DNA of 60,591 nucleotides, the filler included. It is 5 parts of 5 records of this genome, joined end to end, with 100 filler letters (N's around TTAATTAATTAA, not from the genome) between each part and the next. Parts side by side here need not be neighbours in the genome. Positions count along the whole stretch, not along the records: positions 36,636 to 55,186 come from DRR723986_21794; 4 more parts are not named here. The stretch is one strand, 5' to 3'. Position numbers and translations under genes: made by a program. The notes under the pieces were generated by a model. It saw only the letters and a program-made list of their open reading frames with translations, was not told the DNA's origin and ran no database searches. Shown here in pieces: positions 39,381 to 48,033 of the stretch; the first letter of the stretch is position 1; every line of letters begins with the position of its first letter.

Positions 39381-39453
39381 TCGGCGTGGCGGGAATCGAA
39401 CCCGCGACCGTCGCCTTATAAGGACGCCGCTCTTACCCCTGAGCTACACGCCG
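39381..39453 (-). tRNA. tRNA-Ile(TAT)
   Basis: Perfect acceptor CGGCGTG/CACGCCG, canonical D and T arms, loop CT-TAT-AA. Confidence 0.88.
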
Positions 39454-39465
39454 ATGCGTAGCAAG

Positions 39466-39538
39466 TGGGGCCGGAGAGATTCGAACTCTCGCCGAACGGA
39501 TTAAAAGTCCGTCATGCTGCCAGTTACACCACAACCCC
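39466..39538 (-). tRNA. tRNA-Lys(TTT)
   Basis: Stem ACGGA/TCCGT, loop CT-TTT-AA. Confidence 0.9.
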
Positions 39539-39577
39539 AAGAATGATCTGGGGTATGCGTTTCAATCGCTGAAGCAT
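39524..39577 (-). CDS. Putative 17-aa peptide MLQRLKRIPQIILGVVV inside the array
   Basis: AAGGAGA SD 8 nt upstream of ATG; ORF ends inside tRNA-Lys(TTT). Confidence 0.4.
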   Translation of the reverse strand: MLQRLKRIPQIILGVVV

Positions 39578-39610
39578 GTTTGGGTTCTCCTTCGTGTTCG
39601 TTGTCGTAAG

Positions 39611-39682
39611 TGGTAGCCCCGAGGATCGAACTCGGCACAACCTCGTTATCAGCAAGGCCTGGACAACCAGCCCTCGACTACC
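39611..39682 (-). tRNA. tRNA-Ile(GAT)
   Basis: Loop CT-GAT-AA, A73. Confidence 0.85.
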
Positions 39683-39735
39683 ATTTGTTTCGTGACGCCG
39701 ACCGTCGTTCCGTCGGCGCATATCTTCCTTGTCAG

Positions 39736-39807
39736 TGGGCCGGGAGGCGCTCGAATCCTCGTCTGCGGTTCTTCAGACCGCCGCTAGACCGTCTCAGCTA
39801 CCAGCCC
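39736..39807 (-). tRNA. tRNA-Phe(GAA), first gene of array
   Basis: Stem GCGGT/ACCGC, loop CT-GAA-GA. Confidence 0.88.
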
Positions 39808-39843
39808 ATGTTGGGTTGTTGGGGTTGTCTCGATTTGGACACG

Positions 39844-39878
39844 AAAAAAGGCTCGATGCCTGCGTGACACCGAGCCTT
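39844..39878 (-). terminator. Intrinsic terminator (attenuator) upstream of array
   Basis: AAGGCTCGGTGTC-ACGCA-GGCATCGAGCCTT 13-bp stem ending in a T6 tract. Confidence 0.8.
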
Positions 39879-39909
39879 CATGTAGAAAGCAATTCGCTTG
39901 AAGCGAGTG

Positions 39910-40068
39910 TCACGTGAGCAATTTCGTACCCATCGAATACATTTCCGGGGAATTACCGGGCAGAAACGTACTGGCTAAGTGTTCATTCACACTGCACCAA
40001 TCGCTACCGCCGAAGGTATGCCCTTCGTGTATCCGTTCGATTCGCGTTTGTTGCTGTTTGGTAAACAT
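39910..40068 (-). CDS. Putative 52-aa leader peptide of the tRNA array
   Basis: MFTKQQQTRIERIHEGHTFGGSDWCSVNEHLASTFLPGNSPEMYSMGTKLLT*; below ORF-track cutoff; stop lies within antiterminator CGTGACAC. Confidence 0.55.
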   Translation of the reverse strand: MFTKQQQTRIERIHEGHTFGGSDWCSVNEHLASTFLPGNSPEMYSMGTKLLT

Positions 40069-40130
40069 CAGAAAGCTCTTACTCGCATTGCTAATTCAAA
40101 ATTGGGTATGACTTGTTGCGTCGGAGGTAA

Positions 40131-40157
40131 TAGACGCTCCTCATTCGGAATGGTTCA
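40131..40157 (-). promoter_or_regulatory. Candidate ECF-sigma promoter
   Basis: TGAACC-N15-CGTCTA about 60 nt upstream of leader ATG. Confidence 0.45.
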
Positions 40158-40374
40158 CGAAGAATCTGGTTTCTTCGGTAGTGGACGAGGCAACGAGTCC
40201 GTTTGGTAATTTCGCGATCATCAGGGACTCGTCACCTCGTCCACTACCCTTTCACACGGAAGTCAAACGAATCCGCCGCCGCATTTGTACTCGCATGATT
40301 TCAGAGACGCCCGAGATCGTACAATGCAATTACGAAGAACCAGACGCAAGACGCAATCCATTGATCAACTCGCG

Positions 40375-40502
40375 ATGAACATGAATCCAAATGAAACGGC
40401 CTTTCGTTCGGCCACGACGGAAGACCGCGACCAGATCCTCTCCGTACACCGTGACGCTTTCGATGAAGAAGGCGAGATCATTTCCTCACTCGTAGCCGAG
40501 AT
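40375..40502 (+). pseudogene. GNAT acetyltransferase 5' fragment
   Basis: MNMNPNETAFRSATTEDRDQILSVHRDAF..., duplicates start of 45158 gene, then diverges. Confidence 0.75.
40397..40502 (+). repeat. 106-bp direct repeat, copy 1
   Basis: 6 mismatches versus 45158-45263. Confidence 0.92.
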
Positions 40503-40538
40503 CCGACGGTACCGTACTCGGCAATGGGGCGACAGCCT

Positions 40539-41453
40539 TCAAGAAACAATTGCGGCAGCGTTTCTGAGCCAGTCGCAAAAGATGCGATTAGCTTCATGGA
40601 ATGCATTTTCTGGACTACAGACAAAATAGTATGCGCGTTCCGACTGAATTGCATCTCGTCCAAGACGAACAAGGCGACCTTGATCTAAATCTGCGCGCAC
40701 AAATGCGAGTGGAACAAGCGCCACTCCTATGCCTGCCTTGGCAGCATCGACCAGCATGTGGAAGTGTTCGAATGTCGGGCCATCCGGGCGTCTCCGTTCT
40801 TGGTCTCTTGCATGAAACCACTCTTCCCAACCCTGCGGACGGGTTGAGTGCTGTAGCAACGGCAGCTCTCCGATAATCGCGTCGGCATCGAAATCCGTTT
40901 CAGCTCCTGCAATTCGATCTGGTGAGACGACCGGGACCAGCTGCTCGTCCATGAACTTTTCCGATTTCAGCCCTGGCCAGTGTCCGTCGCCGAAAAAGAG
41001 TCCAGCATCAATCCAACCGCCTTGCAGATTTGGCGATCTTTCTGGTGACGCAAAATCCAGATCCAAGGTAACAACGTGGAGACTAGTCTTGGGGTGCTGC
41101 TCGATGAAACTTGGTAGCCGAGGAATCAACCAGTAGGTTGCCAAGGAGGGGAGTGCACCAATTCGCAATCGGTGAACTCCTTTATTGCTTATCAGATCCG
41201 TAGTCGCTGATTCAATCCGGTCTAGCGCTGCCGAGAGCGAGTCGCGATACTGAAGTCCTGCATCGGTAAGTTTCAATCTTTGTTTGACGCGTTGGAAAAG
41301 TATCACGCCAAGATCGGATTCAAGCTGAGCCACCTGCTGACTAATTGCACTGGCCGATACGGACAACTCATTTGCAGCCGCGGAAAAGCTCTCATGCCGA
41401 CCCGCAGACTCAAAGGCTCGGATCGCATTTAGGGAAGGTGTCGCTCTTCTCAT
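40539..41453 (-). CDS. LysR-family regulator (GcvA-like)
   Basis: PSLNAIRAFE..RHESFS.AA.EL.VS.SAISQQV; substrate-binding domain. Confidence 0.93.
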   Translation of the reverse strand: MRRATPSLNAIRAFESAGRHESFSAAANELSVSASAISQQVAQLESDLGVILFQRVKQRLKLTDAGLQYRDSLSAALDRIESATTDLISNKGVHRLRIGALPSLATYWLIPRLPSFIEQHPKTSLHVVTLDLDFASPERSPNLQGGWIDAGLFFGDGHWPGLKSEKFMDEQLVPVVSPDRIAGAETDFDADAIIGELPLLQHSTRPQGWEEWFHARDQERRRPDGPTFEHFHMLVDAAKAGIGVALVPLAFVRADLDQGRLVRLGRDAIQSERAYYFVCSPENAFHEANRIFCDWLRNAAAIVS

Positions 41454-41610
41454 CCGTTGCGATTTTCGATCGAGGGAGTCGTTTGTGAGTCAGCAAGGAC
41501 AGCTCCCCCTCTGGCGACCGTGCGAGCAGTATCGCAGCCAGAAAAAGGCGAGGCGGTATCAGGAGATACCACCTATGTTTATCTTGCAGGATTGGCGGAG
41601 TTGCAACCTG

Positions 41611-43179
41611 TCATTGGCTTATACTACGGGACTTTAAGTCATACGTTTCGCCAGCTTTTAAGATCACCGGCTTAAAGCCGTTCTTCCCGGGCTCCAGGTC
41701 GTAAAACGAAACGGCGTTTGGGCCAAGGACTCGGCCGGTGTGGCCTTTTACAACCAGCGCCGTTCGCTCATCAATTCCGATCCCAAGCATCTGTGGATAC
41801 TGTTTCATCAGCTCAAGAAACGGTCCATGTCGATCGCGTTGCAGGAAGTGAGCGTCGATGATAACTCCCTTCAGCAACCCCATGCCACGTGTGTAGCCCG
41901 CGTGGACTATATCCTTGTTGGTAAGCGGGTTACCACGAACCAGAAAATCGCTGGGAACCTGGCAACCGGCGGAACTGCCGCCGACCACGCCGCCTCGCTT
42001 GAGAACTTCCGCGATCAGTTCTTCAACTCGTGTGCCCTCGTAACTGTCCATGAAACGATAGGTGCGACCACCGTCAATCCAAACGCCGGTTGCTGCGTTT
42101 AGCGTCCGAGCGAATTCTTCGCTCTCGTCTGCGATAAGTGGATCATCGGTGTGGAGAGTTGTGTAGTTTGAGTGACCGAGTTCGTGAAGAAGCCCAGCTG
42201 CATACGAGTCCGGTAAATCAGGTAGTTCAAACCGTTGCGCGCTGGGGATACAAACGATATAAGCTTCTTTGCCGCCTGCGATATTGACGAATTCACGCAT
42301 GATGTCTTTGGGGATTCCGGAGCCACCGTGGAGGAATAGCGTCCCGGTAGCAACCTCAGGCGTTGGCGCTGTCATCGGCGGGAACACAGGACGACTGCGT
42401 TCATTCGCCGACCGAACCCAGGAAAACAGGTCGAGTCCGTAAGACGGATAGCTACCTCCGTTGAAGACATCTGGGCATTCGAATGTTCCTCGCTGCTCCG
42501 GCCATCCACCAGCCTCTTGCACTATTGCACTGATGTCCGCGTCACCATAACCCGCGACTCGTCGACCGCTGTGAAAGACTGCTACTGATGAATCAGGAAT
42601 GAGCCAGTGGACCTTCTGAAATGAAGCATCGGATCTGGGCGACGGATTCTTCCCGAAGTGAAAATCTGATTTTACAAATGGTGATTCAAGTCTTCTGGCC
42701 GGGTCATTCTCATCAAGCTCCTTCAGCACTGAAACGGATGATGAGCCAACAGCAATCACACCATTTCGCTGAGTGACATTCTTGAGCAAAGCTAACAGTA
42801 GACGCCTCTGCGCGAGTCCGTTCAACTTCCCTTCGATCCAGATACCACTGGTATTGAGCAGTTGCAGTGACAGCGATTCTGCATCAGTTGGTATCGCCTC
42901 AACGACCGCAACCGAACCTGCTCCGTTTTTCTTCAACCGAGTTTCGGTAACCCTAGCGGCCCCATCGAGATCAATGACAACGACGTTTGGCGAACTTTCC
43001 CCGCACAAATGCAAGAAACACTTTACAGTGTATGTGGCCACGTCTCCGTCGCCGACAACCATTCGCGAACCAACAATTGGTCGTAGATGAGCACTCTTCT
43101 CTGGCAGTTGGGCACTGGCTGTCGCTGCGACAATCGCAAGAAGGATAATGGTAAACAGATTCTGAATTTTGGGGTACAT
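41611..43179 (-). CDS. Exported cyanophycinase-like peptidase (S51)
   Basis: GGSSAG nucleophile, IDAHF.QRDR, GIDERTA; signal peptide. Confidence 0.85.
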   Translation of the reverse strand: MYPKIQNLFTIILLAIVAATASAQLPEKSAHLRPIVGSRMVVGDGDVATYTVKCFLHLCGESSPNVVVIDLDGAARVTETRLKKNGAGSVAVVEAIPTDAESLSLQLLNTSGIWIEGKLNGLAQRRLLLALLKNVTQRNGVIAVGSSSVSVLKELDENDPARRLESPFVKSDFHFGKNPSPRSDASFQKVHWLIPDSSVAVFHSGRRVAGYGDADISAIVQEAGGWPEQRGTFECPDVFNGGSYPSYGLDLFSWVRSANERSRPVFPPMTAPTPEVATGTLFLHGGSGIPKDIMREFVNIAGGKEAYIVCIPSAQRFELPDLPDSYAAGLLHELGHSNYTTLHTDDPLIADESEEFARTLNAATGVWIDGGRTYRFMDSYEGTRVEELIAEVLKRGGVVGGSSAGCQVPSDFLVRGNPLTNKDIVHAGYTRGMGLLKGVIIDAHFLQRDRHGPFLELMKQYPQMLGIGIDERTALVVKGHTGRVLGPNAVSFYDLEPGKNGFKPVILKAGETYDLKSRSISQ

Positions 43180-43244
43180 AAGAACTTTCAATCAGTTGCG
43201 TCAAAATGTAATGGAGAGAATCGAAGAGTTATCCAGCAAAGTGA

Positions 43245-43676
43245 TCAAGTCGCAACAGCCGCGACGAGGGCAATCTCAACCGGCGCATCACGAGGTAAAC
43301 TGGCTACACCAATTGCCGCACGAGCCCCCAGGCAACATTCCCCCAAACGTTCAGTGACCAAGTTCCAGGCGAAGTTGGCCAATGCCGCATGGGAGGTAAA
43401 GCCTCTTGAGGTATTGATGAACACATTAAGCTGTAGGACCAATGAGATGCGTTCGTCTTTTCGAAGGCAATTTCCGGCGGCAACTAGCACGTTGGTTGCG
43501 GCCAGTTCGACGGGCTCGCGATGCAATTCAAGGTCGTCGTCCACGCTCAAAGGGCCGGTGTATTTCAGCTCCACCGCTTCGCGTGGCGTCATCCCGGATG
43601 TGTAGGTGACGTCAGCATGACGAACGGCCGTAATGTACCGGACTTGCGGATTCGGTTGCGCGGTGATGCCGGTCAT
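43245..43676 (-). CDS. RidA/YjgF-like (Atu1372-type) protein
   Basis: YTSGMTP, ARAAIGVASLP.DAPVEI; ATGA overlap with aminotransferase stop. Confidence 0.82.
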   Translation of the reverse strand: MTGITAQPNPQVRYITAVRHADVTYTSGMTPREAVELKYTGPLSVDDDLELHREPVELAATNVLVAAGNCLRKDERISLVLQLNVFINTSRGFTSHAALANFAWNLVTERLGECCLGARAAIGVASLPRDAPVEIALVAAVAT

Positions 43677-44884
43677 GCTCTGTAGAACTCCACCATTTGA
43701 ACGATGCGTTCGGTTGCAGCGACCGCAGCTTTGCGATCTTGCGAATAGTTCAGTCGGAAGCAACTGTTCATTGCCGGAGCGAACTCGGTTCCTGGTGTGA
43801 CCGTCACGCCGGCTTGGTGCCTTAGCAAGCTGACAAACAATTGAAGATCGACTGTCAGTTCAGGCAACTGCGGAAACAAGTAACTTCCGGCTTGCGGCGT
43901 TGCCGTCAAAAATCCCGCATTGCGAAACACGGTCAGCAGGTCGTCGCGAATCTCTTCATGCTCGTTGATACGTTGTTGAATCCAGCCATCAGGTTCGTTG
44001 AACCACGTCTCCAAAGCGGCCTGACTGTACCCCGCAGCTCGCAGAGACACGATCGCCTGAAGACGCTCCATGCGTTCAATCAAAGTTGGCGAACCGATCG
44101 CTACCCCCAAACGAAAACCGCTGAGTGATTCGGTTTTGGATGGCCCCATGATGGTAATCATGCTTTCCGGAGCATGTTCGCTGGCTCGCAGATGCCAATA
44201 CGTCTCACCCGAATACAGCAACCGCGAATACAGTTGATCTACGACCAGAGCCACGCCGTATTGATTTGCCAGCCGAGCGATGGCGTTGATCTTCCCTTGC
44301 GGATAGATTACCCCCGTCGGGTTATTGGGGTTTGAGAATACGAAGACTTTCACGCCCTGCTTGAATGCGTCTTCCAGTCGCTGCATATCGGGGCCGACGT
44401 CCGATGCCTGGCTTTGATACTGAAGCGGAATCGGCACTATTTCACCGCCGAAGAACTGAACCAGTTTACGATTGGCAAAGTAGTCTGGTTCCATAACGGC
44501 CGCCCTGGTGCCGGTGGTCACCGTGGTTCCCAAAGCTAGAAAAAGAGCTCCCTGAGTTCCCGGCGTCAGAATCAGTTCGTCCGTCGCATCAATCGTTCGG
44601 CCCGTGAACTCAGCCAGTCGTGATGCTACCCCATCACGGATTGCCGCAGATCCTCGGTACTCGGTGTAGGCCTGCTGACCGCCGCGGTGAAAGCCTCTCT
44701 GCCATGCTTCCAGCGTTCCCGGCGTCGGCTTAAATGCATCGATATTGCCGTGTGAGAAATCGACGGGCACACCGCCCAAGTATTCGCCCTGCTTGGCGTG
44801 TTCAAAATCTGTCGTGCCGATTCGCACTTCTTGGCCGGGAGCATTCTTGACGCCCAACAATTCAAACTTCTGTTCGAGGTTCAT
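43673..44884 (-). CDS. PLP-dependent class I/II aminotransferase
   Basis: SNPNNPTG, DQLY, GPSKTESLSGFRLG. Confidence 0.9.
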   Translation of the reverse strand: MNLEQKFELLGVKNAPGQEVRIGTTDFEHAKQGEYLGGVPVDFSHGNIDAFKPTPGTLEAWQRGFHRGGQQAYTEYRGSAAIRDGVASRLAEFTGRTIDATDELILTPGTQGALFLALGTTVTTGTRAAVMEPDYFANRKLVQFFGGEIVPIPLQYQSQASDVGPDMQRLEDAFKQGVKVFVFSNPNNPTGVIYPQGKINAIARLANQYGVALVVDQLYSRLLYSGETYWHLRASEHAPESMITIMGPSKTESLSGFRLGVAIGSPTLIERMERLQAIVSLRAAGYSQAALETWFNEPDGWIQQRINEHEEIRDDLLTVFRNAGFLTATPQAGSYLFPQLPELTVDLQLFVSLLRHQAGVTVTPGTEFAPAMNSCFRLNYSQDRKAAVAATERIVQMVEFYRA

Positions 44885-45157
44885 TGGTGTACATCCCCAA
44901 GGACGCTAAATAACCTTTTTGCATTTCCGTCATTTGCTTCATCTTAATGAAACAGTCCGGCGAACCTACTCCCTGAAGAACTTCAAGCTTGATTAGCCCA
45001 GCTTTCGAAGCTCAAGTTGAAAGAGTTAGAGAATCGTCCAATTCTGCTCTCTACTGTTCGTTGCCGAGTACGGTTATGCGACTAGTGGGCGTGTCGTCTG
45101 CAACCAAAAAAACAAGGAACTGTTCGCTGCTGCACCGCTCTCGATCATCCCCAGTAT

Positions 45158-45263
45158 CGGCCCTTCGTTCGGCCACGCCGGAAGACCGCGACCAGATCCT
45201 CTCCGTCCACCGTGACGCTTTCGGTGAAGAAGGCGGGATCATTTCCTCGCTCGTAGCCGAGAT
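45158..45263 (+). repeat. 106-bp direct repeat, copy 2
   Basis: Matches 40397-40502. Confidence 0.92.
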
Positions 45264-45693
45264 GCTCGACGATCCAACGGCAGAACCAATCCATTCATTC
45301 GTTGCCGAGCAAGGCGATGCGATTGTTGCACACGTGCTCTTCACAGCAGTGCGGATCGAAACGCGTGAAGTGTCCGCACAGATACTCGCTCCACTGGCGG
45401 TCGCGTTCGATCACCAAAGAAGCCGGCTCGGCACGAAGCTAGTCAACGAGGCGCTTACTCAACTCGAATCGAAGGGCGTCGCCTTGGTCTTTGTCCTTGG
45501 CTACCCTGACTACTACACACGCTTCGGCTTTGCTCCGGCCGGTACGCAGGGCTTCGACGCTCCGTATCCCATTGCGCCCAAGAATGCGGACGCATGGATG
45601 GTCAAGGAACTACAACCGGGAGCGATCGAAAGCAACGCAGGGACCGTCCGCTGTTGCACCGCTCTCGACCAACCTCAATATTGGCAAGAGTAG
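45158..45693 (+). CDS. GNAT acetyltransferase (YhbS-like), native start apparently lost
   Basis: LAPLAV...Q...LG, VLG.PDYY.RFGF; upstream in-frame extension looks non-homologous. Confidence 0.75.
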
Positions 45694-45718
45694 ACAGGCC
45701 GTAACGGTTAGTTTTCGT

Positions 45719-47542
45719 CTAGTTCCAATAAATCAACGCTTTCTTGAGCGTCCCCTCGCCACGCGAAGAAATGTGGTCCGACATGTACATTCGCCGAACT
45801 TCGGTGAAACCTGATATGACGGGAATACTCTTGTCGGTTACCTGCGTATCCATGAAGCTGAAATCACGCAATCGTGTCAGCTCCGCAAGTTCAGCTATAC
45901 CCGCGTCAGTCACCTGAGTTTCACTGAGACTTAAGTCCGAGAGATTTGTGAGCTTGCCAATAAACTTCATCGCGAGGTCCCCAACCGCGGTTTCATAAAG
46001 AGACAGCGAATCTAGCTTCTTGAGCGGCAAGAGTTTCTCAAAGGCTTCGTCGGTTACCATCGTGCTGTCGAGCACGAGACTTCTAAGCGCAGTCAGCTTG
46101 GCGATTGATGCGAAACAACCACTGGTGACTCTTGTTGAGTCAAGGTCGAGGCATTCTAGCCTATTTAGGTTCTCCAGATGGTTCAGCCCGGCATCGGCGA
46201 TGCCTGTGTATCGCAACCCCAAGCTCTTGAGTTTGTGCAAGCCAGATAAGGCAGCCAAACCAGAATTCGAGATCGGACATGATTCTAAGTCAAGAGACTC
46301 GAGGTTCTCCAAACCGCCAACAAGCATCAGTCCCTCATCAGACACTTGGCTGCGACTAAGGTTCAGAGTTCGAAGCGATGACAATGTCACAAGCTGTTTC
46401 AAATTTTCGTCGGAAAGCAGCTTTGTTGGTAAATCAACTCTTCGCAATTCAGGCAAGTTGGCGAGCATTTTCACACATTCAATTGTCACCTCAGTCCGCG
46501 TAAGGTCGAGTGACTGCAGCTTGGGCATTGACGCAAGATAGGCCACTCCTTCGTCAGAGATTTGTGTACCGGCCAATGAAAGTTCTATCAGAGGCAGTTT
46601 CGAAATTCCTGCGAGATCGTGATTCTTGATTTTCGTTTGCGAAAGATCGACGCATCGAAGCGCTCGCAGATTCGCAAGGTCGCCTAACATTGCCTCTGAA
46701 AACTCGCAATTCTGAAAGCTGACGGTTGCAAGAGTGTCGTTTATTGAAGTGACTTTTGAAAGATGCGACAGTGTCGTTGCATTATCAGTCCGCGTATCCG
46801 GAAGTCCCACTTCCGTAATGACAACGTCGCCTTTTGGAATTGGGGAATGCAGGCTGTTAAAGAATTGAATCTCGCCATCAATATCCGGGAACTGAACATG
46901 TCCCCCCAGACCAAGAATCCACAATGCAACTTCTCGGGGGTCTGCATCAGCGTCAGGCAACGGTCGCAGGTTTTCAACATATTCACGCGCAACCCATCCC
47001 GCCTCTAGGCCATTAAAGGAATCGGCGTGGGAGCGAGCATACTTGCCAAGTATTCTCAGTAGTTCCTTGTCAGCAGCATAGAACGCATTGGTCGCTGAAT
47101 TGATCACCTGATTCTTCTCATTGCTTAACGCATCGAGATAGTCTCCACGGTCAACCCAGTCTGATTGGGTCTCTGAGTTGGGAAAGACCGAAATCGCTTG
47201 CCTTATTGCTGCAACAGAAGCAATCGCCCCAATCTCCTCGAGGGCAACCATCAGTTCCTCAGTATCCAGATCGGATCGGAAGAACGCCCATAGGCCGCCG
47301 TTTCCAATGAGCCCAGAAGCATTCCAAACTGTACGTACTACTTGCTGAGGCCTGGGAAGCTCGTCTTCCGAGGAGTCTGGAATCGCGCCGGCTAGTGCAT
47401 TCACCAGACTGAAATCGTCGCTGTCGTCAAAAAGTTTTCTTAAGACTGGATCCATGGCCTCATCATCAGCTTTACCGGGGGTGTTCGAACATCCTGCGAA
47501 CACCACAGTCACAATCGCTACGAAAGAACAGACACTATGCAT
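45719..47542 (-). CDS. Lipoprotein with DMP19/DUF4375-like domain and leucine-rich repeats
   Basis: FAGC lipobox; NGG...FF...ALEEIGA; LxxLxLxxTxIxD repeats. Confidence 0.78.
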   Translation of the reverse strand: MHSVCSFVAIVTVVFAGCSNTPGKADDEAMDPVLRKLFDDSDDFSLVNALAGAIPDSSEDELPRPQQVVRTVWNASGLIGNGGLWAFFRSDLDTEELMVALEEIGAIASVAAIRQAISVFPNSETQSDWVDRGDYLDALSNEKNQVINSATNAFYAADKELLRILGKYARSHADSFNGLEAGWVAREYVENLRPLPDADADPREVALWILGLGGHVQFPDIDGEIQFFNSLHSPIPKGDVVITEVGLPDTRTDNATTLSHLSKVTSINDTLATVSFQNCEFSEAMLGDLANLRALRCVDLSQTKIKNHDLAGISKLPLIELSLAGTQISDEGVAYLASMPKLQSLDLTRTEVTIECVKMLANLPELRRVDLPTKLLSDENLKQLVTLSSLRTLNLSRSQVSDEGLMLVGGLENLESLDLESCPISNSGLAALSGLHKLKSLGLRYTGIADAGLNHLENLNRLECLDLDSTRVTSGCFASIAKLTALRSLVLDSTMVTDEAFEKLLPLKKLDSLSLYETAVGDLAMKFIGKLTNLSDLSLSETQVTDAGIAELAELTRLRDFSFMDTQVTDKSIPVISGFTEVRRMYMSDHISSRGEGTLKKALIYWN

Positions 47543-48033
47543 GACGGATGCTCTCCAAACAGACAGTCGACAGAAAAGATCTTAGGAGTTCAAAGTCCTG
47601 GACTCAACTAGACACAAATCAGCTCACTACTGAGCCAAAAATAATTAGCAAGAATCCGGAGTCCAGAACACAATCTATCAGTCTCCAATGGAAGCCTCGA
47701 CAAGACAGCCACCACTGCAATCGCCGTTGCTAAGAATCTCACCTTTGCTTTCCGGCGCACAAGCGCTGGCCACCGAGGTAGGCCACCCCCAAACAGTCGG
47801 TAAATCGTCGATGAACCCATCTAGTTGTTCTGCGAAGTCTTCGGCAAACCCAGCGTCATCTTCAAACACTACGAACGAATCAATCCGCGCCAAGTGCCTG
47901 CGATGCTCGCCCAGCCAAAGCCAACGGAGAAGAAGTTAACAGCCAGCGAGTCTTACCTACCCGGTTCACACCCGGACCGACGAAAGAAATCAGTTGGGTA
48001 GGCCGAGAGTCTACGAGTAGCTCCGCACCGAAC

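Noticed and set aside
36636-39807. Periodic GAATCGAACC-like repeats suggesting a CRISPR array
   Set aside because: These are reverse-complement T-loops; units are not identical and no cas genes are present.
36662-39807. No array tRNA encodes 3' CCA (mostly CT after the discriminator)
   Set aside because: The housekeeping tRNA-Asn at 50975 does the same, so it is a host-wide trait.
36715-39917. ORF-track proteins across the array
   Set aside because: They overlap tRNA cloverleaves and have no protein motifs; shadow ORFs. Only the 17-codon SD-led tail of one is kept.
47548-48030. Short ORFs between the LRR and FHGxGC genes
   Set aside because: No recognisable motifs or ribosome-binding sites; cannot support a gene call.
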